From: Oscillospiraceae bacterium
GTDB taxonomy: Bacteria > Bacillota > Clostridia > UBA1381 > UBA9506
Reading direction: 5' to 3'
Assembly: GCA_015069045.1 (NCBI GenBank)
Contig: SVJJ01000003.1
Location: forward strand, 44,802 to 108,801
DNA length: 64,000 nucleotides
The translations under genes and the position numbers were made by a program. Below are positions 19,669-30,316 of the stretch, one piece after another (positions within the stretch are counted from its first letter, which is position 1; the number at the start of each line of letters is the position of its first letter). Below the pieces are notes generated by a model. It did no database searches. It had not been told where the DNA came from and saw only the letters and a program-made list of their open reading frames with translations.

Positions 19669-21150
19669 ATGAAAAAGCTTTGCTTTATTTTAATTTTTTT
19701 ATTGACCCTATCTCCTCCCGTGGCTGCAACAGAAGGATATGATTTAGCCTATCCCTTTGATGAAAGCGGAATAGGTCGCATTGTTATAGAGAATCGGTGG
19801 GGACTTGTAAATCAGGATTTCAATATGATATTATCCCCTTCATGGGATTATGTAGGGGAGAATGTAGAAGGCTTTCGTTCTATACGTCAGGGAAATCTTT
19901 TTGGCTTTGCTGATGAAATGGGCAAGTTGGCTATTAAGCCTGTTTACGCCCAGGCTGAAGGCTTTTCTCAAGGTCTGGCCTGTGTAAAAAATGAAGAAGG
20001 AAAATGGGGATATATTAATACAAAGGGAACGTTAACCATTCCTTTTGCCTACGATAACGCCCACAGTTTTGCAGAAGGACTGGCCCTTGTGAAGATTGGG
20101 GAATTATATGGCTATATCGACCAGGGCGGTGTCCTTGTGATTCCCCCCATCTACGAAGAAGCCTATTCCTTCTCCGAGGGGTTGGCCTGTGTCAGAGTGG
20201 GAGAATTATATGGATATATAGACACTAAAGGTCAAATTGCAATAACACCTCAGTTTGAGTTAGCCTTTGATTTTCACGATGGTGTAGCGGTTATAAAAAA
20301 CAATGGCTACGGCGTGATTGATGCCACAGGCTCCCTTTTAATTGCACCAAATTGGGACCAACTGTCAACGCAAGTAAATAACGGCCTTTTAAAAGCTACC
20401 CGTGGTAACCGCATGGCTTTCATGAATACAAAGGGAATACTGAAAACAGAATTTATTTATTCACAGTTAGGCGATTTCAAAGAAGGACTTTGTCCCGTTG
20501 AAACTGAATCGGGTTGGGGCTACATCAACGAAGAATTTGATATGGTGATTCCCGCTGTTTGGGATGGTGCAAACCAATTTTCAAATGGGTATGCCGCTGT
20601 TTTGCGGAATCATCTTTGGGGCTACATCGATACAAGTGGTACCCCTGTGACCGCCATACAATATGCCGACTGCAGTTATGCTGTCGATGACTGGGTTTCT
20701 GTTTGCAATACAGATGGCATATATCAATATATATCCCTAAAAGATGCCCTGCCACCATCAATAGGTACAGATAGGCAAAACAATACGTTGTTGCTAACCA
20801 TTGGACACACTACCATGCAGCATGGGGATATGCAGGTCACCTTAGACGTTGCACCCAAGATTTATAATGGGCACACCCTGCTTCCCATCCGTTCCATAAC
20901 TGAGGAAATAGATGGCGTGGTTGAGTGGGCAGGTGACGAGCAAAAGATTACGCTGAAACGTAACGGCCATGTGGTCATTCTACATATTGGTGAAACTGCC
21001 GCCTTCATTGATGGACGCATCACCCTTCTACCCACGCCACCGATAATTGAAAACGAACGCACCTTACTGCCTCTTCGGTTCTGTGCCGAGTCATTAGACT
21101 GCATTGTTGATTGGAATCCGGACACAGAAGAAATTCAAATTACTTACTAA
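19669..21150 (+). CDS. Secreted WG-repeat protein with a C-terminal copper-amine-oxidase-N-terminal-like (stalk) domain
   Basis: Signal peptide MKKLCFILIFLLTLSPPVAA. At least 8 tandem units of about 35 aa of the type (K)WGYI(D/N)..G...I.P.Y..A..F.EGLA.V. The C-terminus has LLPIRSI...VEW...ITL / LLPLRF...VDW. Confidence 0.7.
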   Translation: MKKLCFILIFLLTLSPPVAATEGYDLAYPFDESGIGRIVIENRWGLVNQDFNMILSPSWDYVGENVEGFRSIRQGNLFGFADEMGKLAIKPVYAQAEGFSQGLACVKNEEGKWGYINTKGTLTIPFAYDNAHSFAEGLALVKIGELYGYIDQGGVLVIPPIYEEAYSFSEGLACVRVGELYGYIDTKGQIAITPQFELAFDFHDGVAVIKNNGYGVIDATGSLLIAPNWDQLSTQVNNGLLKATRGNRMAFMNTKGILKTEFIYSQLGDFKEGLCPVETESGWGYINEEFDMVIPAVWDGANQFSNGYAAVLRNHLWGYIDTSGTPVTAIQYADCSYAVDDWVSVCNTDGIYQYISLKDALPPSIGTDRQNNTLLLTIGHTTMQHGDMQVTLDVAPKIYNGHTLLPIRSITEEIDGVVEWAGDEQKITLKRNGHVVILHIGETAAFIDGRITLLPTPPIIENERTLLPLRFCAESLDCIVDWNPDTEEIQITY

Positions 21151-21225
21151 AAAAGGAATTGACAAAAATACATATGCCATATATACTTATAAGAGCATAG
21201 TCACTGAAATAAGGAGTTGAAATCT

Positions 21226-22233
21226 ATGTCAATTTTAGTCACCGGTGGTGCCGGTTTTATTGGTTCACATACCTGTGTGGAGCTGATTGAAAGCGGATAT
21301 GAAATTGTTGTTGTAGATAATTTTTTAAATTCTAAGCCGAAAGCCTTAGAACGTATTAAACAGATTACAGGTCGCGACTTTCCCTTTTACGAGGTAGATT
21401 TGTTAGATAGAGAATCTTTAGAAGGCGTTTTCGCAGAAAATAAAATTGATGCCGTTATTCACTTTGCAGGCTTAAAAGCCGTCGGTGAATCTGTACAAAA
21501 ACCATTGTGGTATTATCACAACAACATTACTGGCACACTTATTTTGTGTGAAAGCATGGCAAAATATAATGTGAAAAAGATTGTCTTCAGTTCGTCGGCC
21601 ACTGTTTACGGCAACCCGGCTAGTGTGCCGATTCGGGAAGACTTTCCCCTCTCAACCACAAACCCCTACGGCAGCACAAAATTAATGATTGAAAATATCC
21701 TTCGGGATGTGGTCGTAGCTGACCACGATTGGAGCGTTGCCCTGCTTCGTTACTTTAATCCCATTGGTGCCCACGAATCCGGCTTAATCGGAGAAGATCC
21801 TAACGGCATTCCCAACAACTTAATGCCTTACATTGCCCAGGTAGCTGCCGGCAAGTTGGAAATGCTGAGTGTATTCGGTAACGATTACAACACGCCGGAT
21901 GGCACAGGTGTGCGCGACTATATTCATGTTGTGGATTTGGCTAAAGGCCACATTAAAGCCGTGGAAAAGGTACTTTCCTCTACCGGCGTAGATGCTTATA
22001 ATTTAGGTACAGGTCACGGTTACAGTGTGCTGGAAATGGTGCAGGCCTTTTCAAGAGTCAACAATGTAAAGGTTCCTTACAAAATTGCGCCCCGCCGCCC
22101 CGGCGACATTGCACAATGCTATGCTGACCCAACCAAGGCGAAAGAGCTTTTGGGATGGGAAGCTGTATACGGTCTTGATACAATGTGCCGTGATGCTTGG
22201 AACTTTATGGTGCAAAACCCTAACGGTCTATAA
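21226..22233 (+). CDS. galE: UDP-glucose 4-epimerase
   Basis: [21 protein letters not shown] and YGSTKLMIE (YxxxK) are present. AAGGAG lies upstream of the ATG at 21226. Confidence 0.9.
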   Translation: MSILVTGGAGFIGSHTCVELIESGYEIVVVDNFLNSKPKALERIKQITGRDFPFYEVDLLDRESLEGVFAENKIDAVIHFAGLKAVGESVQKPLWYYHNNITGTLILCESMAKYNVKKIVFSSSATVYGNPASVPIREDFPLSTTNPYGSTKLMIENILRDVVVADHDWSVALLRYFNPIGAHESGLIGEDPNGIPNNLMPYIAQVAAGKLEMLSVFGNDYNTPDGTGVRDYIHVVDLAKGHIKAVEKVLSSTGVDAYNLGTGHGYSVLEMVQAFSRVNNVKVPYKIAPRRPGDIAQCYADPTKAKELLGWEAVYGLDTMCRDAWNFMVQNPNGL

Positions 22234-22247
22234 AAACATACAAAAAT

Positions 22248-22305
22248 AGCCTGCAGGATGAGTGGTACTTGGAAGAACACTACTCATGCTGCAGGCTGTT
22301 TTTTA
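22248..22305. terminator. Bidirectional terminator (galE / prsA-like)
   Basis: AGCCTGCAG.ATGAGT.GTA ... TACTCATGCTGCAGGCT forms a long stem followed by GTTTTTTAT. Confidence 0.8.
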
Positions 22306-22312
22306 TGGTAAA

Positions 22313-23362
22313 TTATTTAACTTTAATGTTATCTACAACATTCTGATGAATTTCAATGGTCAGATCCGATTTATAGGAATCCAAAATAGCGTTGTATTTA
22401 TCCTGAGATAAATTAGCTGTAATACTCTCTATAGCAGCATCATAGTCTGTTCCTTGAGTGGGCAACGGATATTTTTTAATGATGTGCCAACCATAAGATG
22501 TTTCGACTAAGTCAGAAATTTCACCAACAGCCAACGCAAAGGAGGCATCCTCAAATTCTGCCACCATGGAACCGGTTGTGAAAGTATAACCCTCAGGATT
22601 ATTTGTCATGCCGGGATCCTCACCATACTCTTTAACTAAAGAATCAAAATTAGCACCAGCTTTGGCTTTCTTTAACACATCCTCAGCCTTAGCCTTTTGT
22701 GCAGCCTGGTAAGCCTCTGCAGCTGCTGCAGGATCCTCTTCCGTTGTCACCTCTGTTGCTGTACCATCACTTTCTTCTGTATTACCTATCAGGATATGCT
22801 TAACATGTACATACTCCTGCTGATATGCCGCATTAATCTCCTCCTTAGTAGGTACTAAGGCAGCCGGATCATTGGCGCTAATATCACTGGCATAAACACT
22901 TGTTAACATGGTTTTGGTTAAAAGATCAATCAACTGCTCATCATTCAGGCCTGTTACCTCTTTCAATGCATCTACCTGCGCTTTTTGTTCCGCATCTGTA
23001 GATTTAACCATGGTACGAATTTGTGCAAGACTACTTTCCGGAACGGACAAGCCCTTTTCTGCAGCTTTTACGCAAGCAATTTCAACTCGCAGCATTTCCT
23101 CTAACGCCTTATTTTTTGCTGCTTCACTGGCTTTTTTACCATCAATTTCTGCATTCCAAAAACTTTCTGAATCCTGGGTGCCGGATTCAGACAACATTTG
23201 TTCTTTAACATTTTCCAGATAATATAAATATTCCGCCTTTGTAACAACCTGTCCATCCACCTTGGCAATTTCTCTGGAAATTTGAAGCTTTCCGCAACCC
23301 GTCATGCTGAACAATAACAATAGCATGCAAATAATAGCAGCGACTTTTTTCATTGTTTTCAT
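22313..23362 (-). CDS. PrsA/SurA-like parvulin peptidyl-prolyl isomerase lipoprotein
   Basis: Lipobox LFSMTGC. Parvulin core VHVKHILI...GWHIIK. Position downstream of mfd is common in Clostridia. Confidence 0.75.
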   Translation of the reverse strand: MKTMKKVAAIICMLLLLFSMTGCGKLQISREIAKVDGQVVTKAEYLYYLENVKEQMLSESGTQDSESFWNAEIDGKKASEAAKNKALEEMLRVEIACVKAAEKGLSVPESSLAQIRTMVKSTDAEQKAQVDALKEVTGLNDEQLIDLLTKTMLTSVYASDISANDPAALVPTKEEINAAYQQEYVHVKHILIGNTEESDGTATEVTTEEDPAAAAEAYQAAQKAKAEDVLKKAKAGANFDSLVKEYGEDPGMTNNPEGYTFTTGSMVAEFEDASFALAVGEISDLVETSYGWHIIKKYPLPTQGTDYDAAIESITANLSQDKYNAILDSYKSDLTIEIHQNVVDNIKVK

Positions 23363-23449
23363 CTTCTACACTCCTTTAACATGATCATAAGTATAATTCT
23401 GTTACAAATATTAAACTACACATCTGTAGAAATTCAATATTATTATACA

Positions 23450-26400
23450 CTACTTTTCATGATTGCGCAAGTCTTTAAAGGCCTGTAACAAACTTTTAAT
23501 ACAGTTCGCAATATTATTTACATCCTCTGCCGTTAGCCGATAGGAAAAATAGGGCTTTTGTCCCGCCGAAAGTAAAATGCGACCATTATACTTGCCAATT
23601 AATGCCGCGATGTGGGCCGGATCAAAGCTCTCCTTAAAATAACACAATATACTTCCTTCTCGAACTGTAATCTGTGCAATATTCATTTCTTTAGCAATTC
23701 CTCGGCATTGTGCAGACAAAAGCAGGTTTTCCACGCTTTTAGGATAATCCCCAAAACGGTCAATCATTTCCTCGGCAACCTCTTGGGCATCGGATTCGGT
23801 CACCGCTGCACCAATTTTTTTATAAAACTCCAATCGTAACCTATGACTGCGAATATACGTTGCAGGAATATAAGCATCTACCTCAAAATCCAGCTGCGGC
23901 TCCCATGCTGTTTCCTGGGGTGGTTTTCCCTGCAATTCGTTAACGCTCTCTTCTAGCAAACGACAATACATATCATAACCAACAGTTTCCATGTGTCCAT
24001 GTTGTTCTGCCCCCAGCAGATTGCCGGCACCACGAATTTCTAAATCACGCAAGGCAATTTTAAAGCCGGAGCCAAACTCTGTAAATTCACGAATGGCAGT
24101 TAATCGTTTCACCGCATCCTCTCGTAAGGATTTATTCCGCCGATAGGTTAGGTAACAGTATGCCCGTCTGTTGCTTCGCCCCACCCGACCTCTAAGCTGA
24201 TAAAGTTGAGAAAGGCCTAAACGGTCAGCATCCTCAACAATCATTGTGTTTACATTTTGGATATCCAGTCCTGTCTCAATGATGGTGGTACAAACCAAAA
24301 TGTCCACATCGCCCTCTTGCATAGCCAGCATAACATCCTCCAATTCCTCCGGATCCATCTGACCATGAGCAACCCGAATGCGTGCCTCCGGTAAATCCTT
24401 CTGTAGTGTTCTGGCTGTGGCTGCTATACTTTGTGTTTGGTTATGCAAATAATAAACCTGTCCTCCTCGGGACAACTCTTTTTTTATTGCATCTATTACA
24501 ATAACCGGATTATACTCTACAACATAGGTGGAAACAGGGTAGCGGTCCTGTGGTGGCTCGGATAGTAAACTCATATCTTTAATGTTCACCATAGACATGT
24601 GTAATGTCCGCGGAATGGGAGTGGCAGATAGAGTAAGTACATCCACGTTATTTTTCATTTCTTTGATGCGCTCTTTATGGCGAACACCGAATCGTTGCTC
24701 CTCATCCACTACCAAAAGTCCTAAATCCCTAAACTCTATATCTTTGCCCAATAGCTTATGGGTACCAATAATAACATCTGTTTCCCCTGTCCTTAATCGT
24801 TTCAAAATTGCCTTTTGCTCTTTAGGAGACACTAAGCGGCTAAGTAATTCAACCTTCACAGGGAAAAACCGCATTCGCGCAGCAAAGGTGTTATAATGTT
24901 GTAGTGCCAACACGGTTGTGGGCGCTAAATAGGCCACCTGTTTAGAATCCTGCACAGCTTTAAAAGCCGCACGAAGGGCTACCTCTGTTTTTCCATACCC
25001 CACATCACCACACAACAATCTATCCATAGGGCGTGTACTTTCCATATCCGCCTTAACCTCTGCTATGGCCGTTAGTTGGTCTTCTGTTTCCTCATAGGGA
25101 AAATGGTCCTCAAATTCCTTTTGCCATGCTGTATCTGCGCCAAAAGCATAGCCCTGAGCGCTTTTACGGGCCGCATAGAGCTGCAGCAAGCCTTGGGCCA
25201 TTTCCATGGTGGACTTTTTAACTTTAGCCTTTTGGCGGGCAAAATCTGCGCCACCCATTTTGGAAAGACGAACGCGGGCCTCCTTGCCGATGTATTTCTG
25301 CAAAAGGTCCAGCTGGTCACAGGGAACATATAAAAAATCGTCCCCGGCATATTTTATTTTTAAATAGTCCTTGTAATGCCCTTCAACCGTCAAGGTATCC
25401 AGTCCCACATATTGTCCAATACCATGGGTGTTGTGCACTACATAATCACCAATATCCAAATCGTCAAAACTCTTTAGTTTGTTGCCCCGGACAGCCTTTT
25501 TTCTACGTCCTTTTTTTGTTTCACGGCCAAAAATTTCACTATCGGACAAGATCACCAACCCGCTATCAAGACAAGAAAAACCTTTTTTTAAGGAACCCTC
25601 CATAACAAGAATTTGCCCCGGCACGGCTCCATTCATATTTTGGCTAATAAAAACCGGAAAACCTTCTTCAGACAGCTCTCTAAACAATGCCTCACATTGT
25701 AAGGTTGTGGCCCCTGCAATCACAACTGCCCATTGCTTTTCCAGCCATTCACGTAAATCTGCAAACAACAGTTCCCGGTGACCGGAATACATATTGATAC
25801 CGCCGGTGGTTAAATTAACTGTCATCTTCGGCTGATAGTCTCGGGTTGATTGGGGTAACGTAAAAAGCCCCATGAGGGGATGAGAAAGAAGCCCTTTCAT
25901 CACCTGTTCGTAATCGTGAATATAACTTTTCTCTGCCTGTTCTATAATACCCTTTTCTAAAAGGGCTGTCACCGTTTCTTGAATATCCCACAAAAGCCCC
26001 TCGGCTCGTTCCCTAATTCGCTCCGGCTCATTCAAAAAAACTAACGCATCCTGTGGCATGTAATCTGCCACAAGGGGGTGCCCATCTTGGTTGGAAATTT
26101 GTTCGCGAGCCGCTTCAATCCGTATCGTATCCAACCGTTGTATTGAAGTTTGCATAATGGGGTCAAATTCACGAATAGAATCAATATCCTCGCCAAAAAA
26201 TTCAATACGATATGGATTATATGCCCCTGGAGGAAACACATCGACAATACCGCCACGAGCCGAAAATTGCCCCTTGGCTTCTACTAACTCTTCACGTACA
26301 TAACCTAAAGACTCCAACTGTTCCAAGAGCTTTACGCTGTTATATTGTCCCCCATCTGTCAAGGTGATACGAGAGCTGGTAAAGGCAGAAAAATCTGCAG

Positions 26401-26788
26401 CAAATTGCAGGAGTGCATCAACGCTGAGCACAAAGAAAACACCACTTTCTGCCTCTGCCAGGCGACCTAATGCCGCCAAACGTTGGGCTTCGAGTTCATT
26501 GCTCTTAGCATCCACACGATAGTATTCAATTTCCTTAGACGGATAAAAAATGACCTCCTGTCCCCCAAAAAAGCAAATATCCTCACACAATCGTTTGGCC
26601 GTATAATCACTTTCACACACGACCATACAGTGCTTTTGATACTGTTGGCAAAAATGTGCAACCAAAAAAGCCTTAGCTTGCTCTGTTACGCCTGTAACAG
26701 AAAGAGGCGTAACACCTTGGCTAAAGCCATCTAGAAGGGTTTTCCATTGGGCATTTTGTAATAAGATAGATTCAAACAATATATTCAC
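23450..26788 (-). CDS. mfd: Transcription-repair coupling factor
   Basis: 1112 aa. CarD-like segment, helicase motifs LLCGDVGYGKTEVA, VVDEEQRFGV, TLSATPIPRTL and QLRGRVGRS. Confidence 0.95.
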   Translation of the reverse strand: MNILFESILLQNAQWKTLLDGFSQGVTPLSVTGVTEQAKAFLVAHFCQQYQKHCMVVCESDYTAKRLCEDICFFGGQEVIFYPSKEIEYYRVDAKSNELEAQRLAALGRLAEAESGVFFVLSVDALLQFAADFSAFTSSRITLTDGGQYNSVKLLEQLESLGYVREELVEAKGQFSARGGIVDVFPPGAYNPYRIEFFGEDIDSIREFDPIMQTSIQRLDTIRIEAAREQISNQDGHPLVADYMPQDALVFLNEPERIRERAEGLLWDIQETVTALLEKGIIEQAEKSYIHDYEQVMKGLLSHPLMGLFTLPQSTRDYQPKMTVNLTTGGINMYSGHRELLFADLREWLEKQWAVVIAGATTLQCEALFRELSEEGFPVFISQNMNGAVPGQILVMEGSLKKGFSCLDSGLVILSDSEIFGRETKKGRRKKAVRGNKLKSFDDLDIGDYVVHNTHGIGQYVGLDTLTVEGHYKDYLKIKYAGDDFLYVPCDQLDLLQKYIGKEARVRLSKMGGADFARQKAKVKKSTMEMAQGLLQLYAARKSAQGYAFGADTAWQKEFEDHFPYEETEDQLTAIAEVKADMESTRPMDRLLCGDVGYGKTEVALRAAFKAVQDSKQVAYLAPTTVLALQHYNTFAARMRFFPVKVELLSRLVSPKEQKAILKRLRTGETDVIIGTHKLLGKDIEFRDLGLLVVDEEQRFGVRHKERIKEMKNNVDVLTLSATPIPRTLHMSMVNIKDMSLLSEPPQDRYPVSTYVVEYNPVIVIDAIKKELSRGGQVYYLHNQTQSIAATARTLQKDLPEARIRVAHGQMDPEELEDVMLAMQEGDVDILVCTTIIETGLDIQNVNTMIVEDADRLGLSQLYQLRGRVGRSNRRAYCYLTYRRNKSLREDAVKRLTAIREFTEFGSGFKIALRDLEIRGAGNLLGAEQHGHMETVGYDMYCRLLEESVNELQGKPPQETAWEPQLDFEVDAYIPATYIRSHRLRLEFYKKIGAAVTESDAQEVAEEMIDRFGDYPKSVENLLLSAQCRGIAKEMNIAQITVREGSILCYFKESFDPAHIAALIGKYNGRILLSAGQKPYFSYRLTAEDVNNIANCIKSLLQAFKDLRNHEK

Positions 26789-26825
26789 GTCGTTTCCGCA
26801 GTATTATAAAACTTTGCGCAATGTT

Positions 26826-27389
26826 CTATCGACCATTAAAGCGATTCATGGCACTCTGCACCCCATTTATCATAATTTCTTCCACCATATCAGGAATAGC
26901 ATCTACCGCCTTGGCCATCACCTTAATTTCCTCATCAGTAAATTTGGAGAGAACCCAATCAGCCAAATCATAAGTTGATGGCTTTTGACCCACACCTAAG
27001 CGGATGCGTGGAAAAGCATCACTCTGCAAATGATAAATAATTGATTTCATTCCATTATGGCCCCCATCAGACCCCTTAGAACGAATCCGTATACGACCGG
27101 CATCTAAATTAACGTCATCATAAACCACAATTAATTGTTCCGGAGACAGTTTATAAAACCGCATAATCTCACCAATACTTTCGCCTGAAAGGTTCACAAA
27201 AGTCTGGGGTTTAACCAGAATAACCCGCTCACCCTTGTGCTGACCCTCTCCTATAAGAGCCTTATGTTTAATTTTTTGAATGGGAATATTCCAGGCTGCC
27301 GATAAAAAGTCTAGGCTGATAAACCCTATATTATGCTTTGTATTTTCATACTGTCTGCCGGGATTTCCAATTCCCAAAATAACGTACAT
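26826..27389 (-). CDS. pth: Peptidyl-tRNA hydrolase
   Basis: LGIGNPG..Y..TKHNIGF...GGHNGMKSI are canonical Pth motifs. Confidence 0.95.
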   Translation of the reverse strand: MYVILGIGNPGRQYENTKHNIGFISLDFLSAAWNIPIQKIKHKALIGEGQHKGERVILVKPQTFVNLSGESIGEIMRFYKLSPEQLIVVYDDVNLDAGRIRIRSKGSDGGHNGMKSIIYHLQSDAFPRIRLGVGQKPSTYDLADWVLSKFTDEEIKVMAKAVDAIPDMVEEIMINGVQSAMNRFNGR

Positions 27390-27438
27390 TTTATTTCTCC
27401 CCTTTATTTATCCGTATAAAGCAAAACTAACAACCACA

Positions 27439-28086
27439 TTAACGAACCAGCGTTAAAGCCACGCCATCCCCCACAGGGAGTACTGCCGTGTAAAATCGAG
27501 GGTCATGGCATAAATAATCCAAATACGCCCGCATGGCCTTAACACCGGTTCGATGCTTATGTTCCGGTTCGCCCGGCATGGCTGTTCGACCACCATAGAG
27601 CACATTATCGGTTATAACGAGTCCACCGGATATAACCTTGGGTAACACCGCATCAAAATAATGGCGACTAGCCCCTTTTGCTGCATCTATAAAAACCATA
27701 TCAAAGGATTCTTCTAACGTTGTAATAATTTCTTCCGCATCACCGCAGATGGGTTTAATGCTACCTAACGCCCCATATTGACGCATATGCTGCCTTGCTA
27801 ACAAAAACCGCTCCTCGTCCTTCTCAATGGTAACAATTTGGACGTTACCGCCGGCAGCTTGATACATGGTTAAAGCGGAATAGCCTGCCGCTGTGCCAAT
27901 TTCTAAAATTCGTTTCGGATGATGAATCCCAACTAAAACATATAAAAGCCTAGCTGTTGTCCGTACAGCAGCTGGAATATTTTCTGCCCGGCAAAGGGTT
28001 TCAATATCACGCAAAAACCCGTCCTCCGAAGGCTGAAGGGCGTTTAGAAATGCATCAATATAAGGGTATGTAATCTGATTATCCAT
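27439..28086 (-). CDS. Class I SAM-dependent O-methyltransferase (YrrM/TrmR-like)
   Basis: ILEIGTAAGYSAL (SAM motif I), FDMVFIDAAK and about 215 aa match the family-3 O-MT pattern. Confidence 0.75.
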   Translation of the reverse strand: MDNQITYPYIDAFLNALQPSEDGFLRDIETLCRAENIPAAVRTTARLLYVLVGIHHPKRILEIGTAAGYSALTMYQAAGGNVQIVTIEKDEERFLLARQHMRQYGALGSIKPICGDAEEIITTLEESFDMVFIDAAKGASRHYFDAVLPKVISGGLVITDNVLYGGRTAMPGEPEHKHRTGVKAMRAYLDYLCHDPRFYTAVLPVGDGVALTLVR

Positions 28087-28096
28087 AGTTCCCCCA

Positions 28097-30316
28097 TCAT
28101 TCTGCGCCTATAAAGGCAGGCAGTGCAGAATATCGTTTTTCCTCAAAATCATTTTGAATCATAGTTTCCACGGCGCTTTTTTGTCCCACTAAAATAACCA
28201 ATTGCGAGGCTCGTGTAACAGCTGTGTACAGCAAATTTCTTGTCATCAGTCTGGGCACACCATGAAAAACAGGCATCACCACAGCGGGAAACTCGCTTCC
28301 TTGGCTTTTATGCACTGTAACCGCGTAAGCATGCTCCAGCTCCTCTAACATGGGTGGCTTATATTGCACCCGATGTTCACCATCAAATACAACAAAGATG
28401 CCCTCTTGCTCAATGCTTTCAATAATACCCATATCTCCATTATAGACACCCACCCCTTCTTCTTTCCCATCTAAGGATTGCCAAGGCAGGTCATAATTAT
28501 TTTTTATTTGCATCACTTTATCACCCTCGCGCAGTGTACGCAAAGCGCCTGTTCGTTCTTTTCTGCTTTTTTTAGCAGGATTCAATACATCTTGTAACAG
28601 CTTATTTAAATGCAACACACCTACCGTTGTCTTTTTCATAGGAGATATAACTTGAATATCTCGCAAGGGGTCTAACCCGTAAGCTGTTGGCAGGCGATGG
28701 CTGACCAGTTCTTTCAGTTGATCACAAATGTCCATAGCATCCTGAGCGGAAAGAAAAAAGAAATCTTTATCCTTTTGGTTATAGATGGGCGTTTCTCCAT
28801 GATTAATTCGATGGGCATTTAAAACAATCATACTTTCCTGAGCCTGACGAAACACTGTGTCAAGTCGCACGACGGGAATGGTGCCCAAGGAAACCACATC
28901 CTTTAAAACATTACCTGCACCAACAGGAGGCAACTGGTCTGAATCACCCACCAAAATTAATTGAGCCGTAGGGCGCATAGCCTCCGAAAGAGCCGAAAGT
29001 AAAAGCACATCTGCCATGCTGGCTTCATCTACAATAATCACATCCTCAGAAAGAGGGTCCTCTGCATTTTTACTATATTCACGCAACAGTTCATCATCTG
29101 CAGCATAGCCTACCTCTAAAAGACGATGGATGGTTTTAGCTTCCTGACCTGCTAGTTGGCTCATACGCTTGGCTGCCCGCCCTGTTGGGGCACAAAGGGC
29201 AATTTTCTTTTTTCTTTGTTTAAATGCCTCAATTAAAAAACGAATGGTGGTGGTTTTACCTGTGCCCGGCCCCCCTGTAATAATAGAGCATCCCGATACA
29301 AGAGCAGTTAGAACGGCTTCTTGTTGAAGTGGCGCCAGTTGAATTCTTTGCTCGCCTTCCAATATTTTAATTTCTTTTTCTACCTGATGACGTTCCTCTA
29401 AATCGACTTCTCCGGTTCTGGCTGCCATTTGAGTTAATCGCTTGCCTAACTGCTTTTCAGCCCGATATAGAGCCAGCAAAAATATACCCTCTTCTCCATT
29501 AATTTGGGCGCAAATTAGGGCGCCACTAGACAGCAAAGATACCAACGCATTTTCTACAAGTAAGGCCTCTGCCTCTAGTAGCTTAGCTGCAGTGCCAACT
29601 AAAATTTGCCGTGGTAAATATGTGTGACCGCCGGAAAAGGCGCTGTAGGTTAAGGTGTGCTTTACCCCGGCTCGAATTCGATGCTCATCTTCCGGATGCA
29701 CACCTAAGTTTCTGGCAACGCCATCGGCTGCTCGAAAACTAACACCCCGTAGGTATTCACATAGGAGATAGGGATTATCCTCTATTCTATCCACAGCTCG
29801 GCTGCCAAATAATTCATATAAACGCATGGCATGACTTGTGGCAATACCATGTTTTTGCATAAACATAATAAGCTGCTCTAAATCCCGCGTTTCTAGATAG
29901 GCTGCTTTGATTTCATGGGCACGTTTAACCGTAATGCCTTTAAGTTCTGCCAGCCGTTCCGGCGTATCGGCAATCACCCGCAGGGTGTCAACACCAAAAC
30001 GATTCACTATTTTTTCAGCTGTGGCATGGCGCACGCCGGGAATAACGCCCGAAGAAAGAAAGTTTAAAATTTCAGCTTCACCATCGGGAGCATGGCGCAC
30101 AAACCCTGTAAGCTTTAGCTGTTTTCCATAGCTGGGATGGTAATGCCAGCCACCCATAACCGTCAAACTTTCTCCGGGATTTATAAAAGGTACTGTTCCC
30201 GTGCAGGTAATGACCTCTTTTTCCTCAGTGAGCAGGTCAAAAATACTATAACCGTTTTCTTTATTAAAATATATTACCTCTGTAACAGAACCATTTATTT
30301 TCAGGGCTTCTTCCAT
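28097..30316 (-). CDS. recD2: RecD2-type SF1 ATP-dependent DNA helicase
   Basis: ITGGPGTGKTT, IIVDEASM, LVGDSDQLPPVGAG and AVTVHKSQGSEF. The N-terminal HhH region is typical of RecD2/YrrC. Confidence 0.9.
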   Translation of the reverse strand: MEEALKINGSVTEVIYFNKENGYSIFDLLTEEKEVITCTGTVPFINPGESLTVMGGWHYHPSYGKQLKLTGFVRHAPDGEAEILNFLSSGVIPGVRHATAEKIVNRFGVDTLRVIADTPERLAELKGITVKRAHEIKAAYLETRDLEQLIMFMQKHGIATSHAMRLYELFGSRAVDRIEDNPYLLCEYLRGVSFRAADGVARNLGVHPEDEHRIRAGVKHTLTYSAFSGGHTYLPRQILVGTAAKLLEAEALLVENALVSLLSSGALICAQINGEEGIFLLALYRAEKQLGKRLTQMAARTGEVDLEERHQVEKEIKILEGEQRIQLAPLQQEAVLTALVSGCSIITGGPGTGKTTTIRFLIEAFKQRKKKIALCAPTGRAAKRMSQLAGQEAKTIHRLLEVGYAADDELLREYSKNAEDPLSEDVIIVDEASMADVLLLSALSEAMRPTAQLILVGDSDQLPPVGAGNVLKDVVSLGTIPVVRLDTVFRQAQESMIVLNAHRINHGETPIYNQKDKDFFFLSAQDAMDICDQLKELVSHRLPTAYGLDPLRDIQVISPMKKTTVGVLHLNKLLQDVLNPAKKSRKERTGALRTLREGDKVMQIKNNYDLPWQSLDGKEEGVGVYNGDMGIIESIEQEGIFVVFDGEHRVQYKPPMLEELEHAYAVTVHKSQGSEFPAVVMPVFHGVPRLMTRNLLYTAVTRASQLVILVGQKSAVETMIQNDFEEKRYSALPAFIGAE

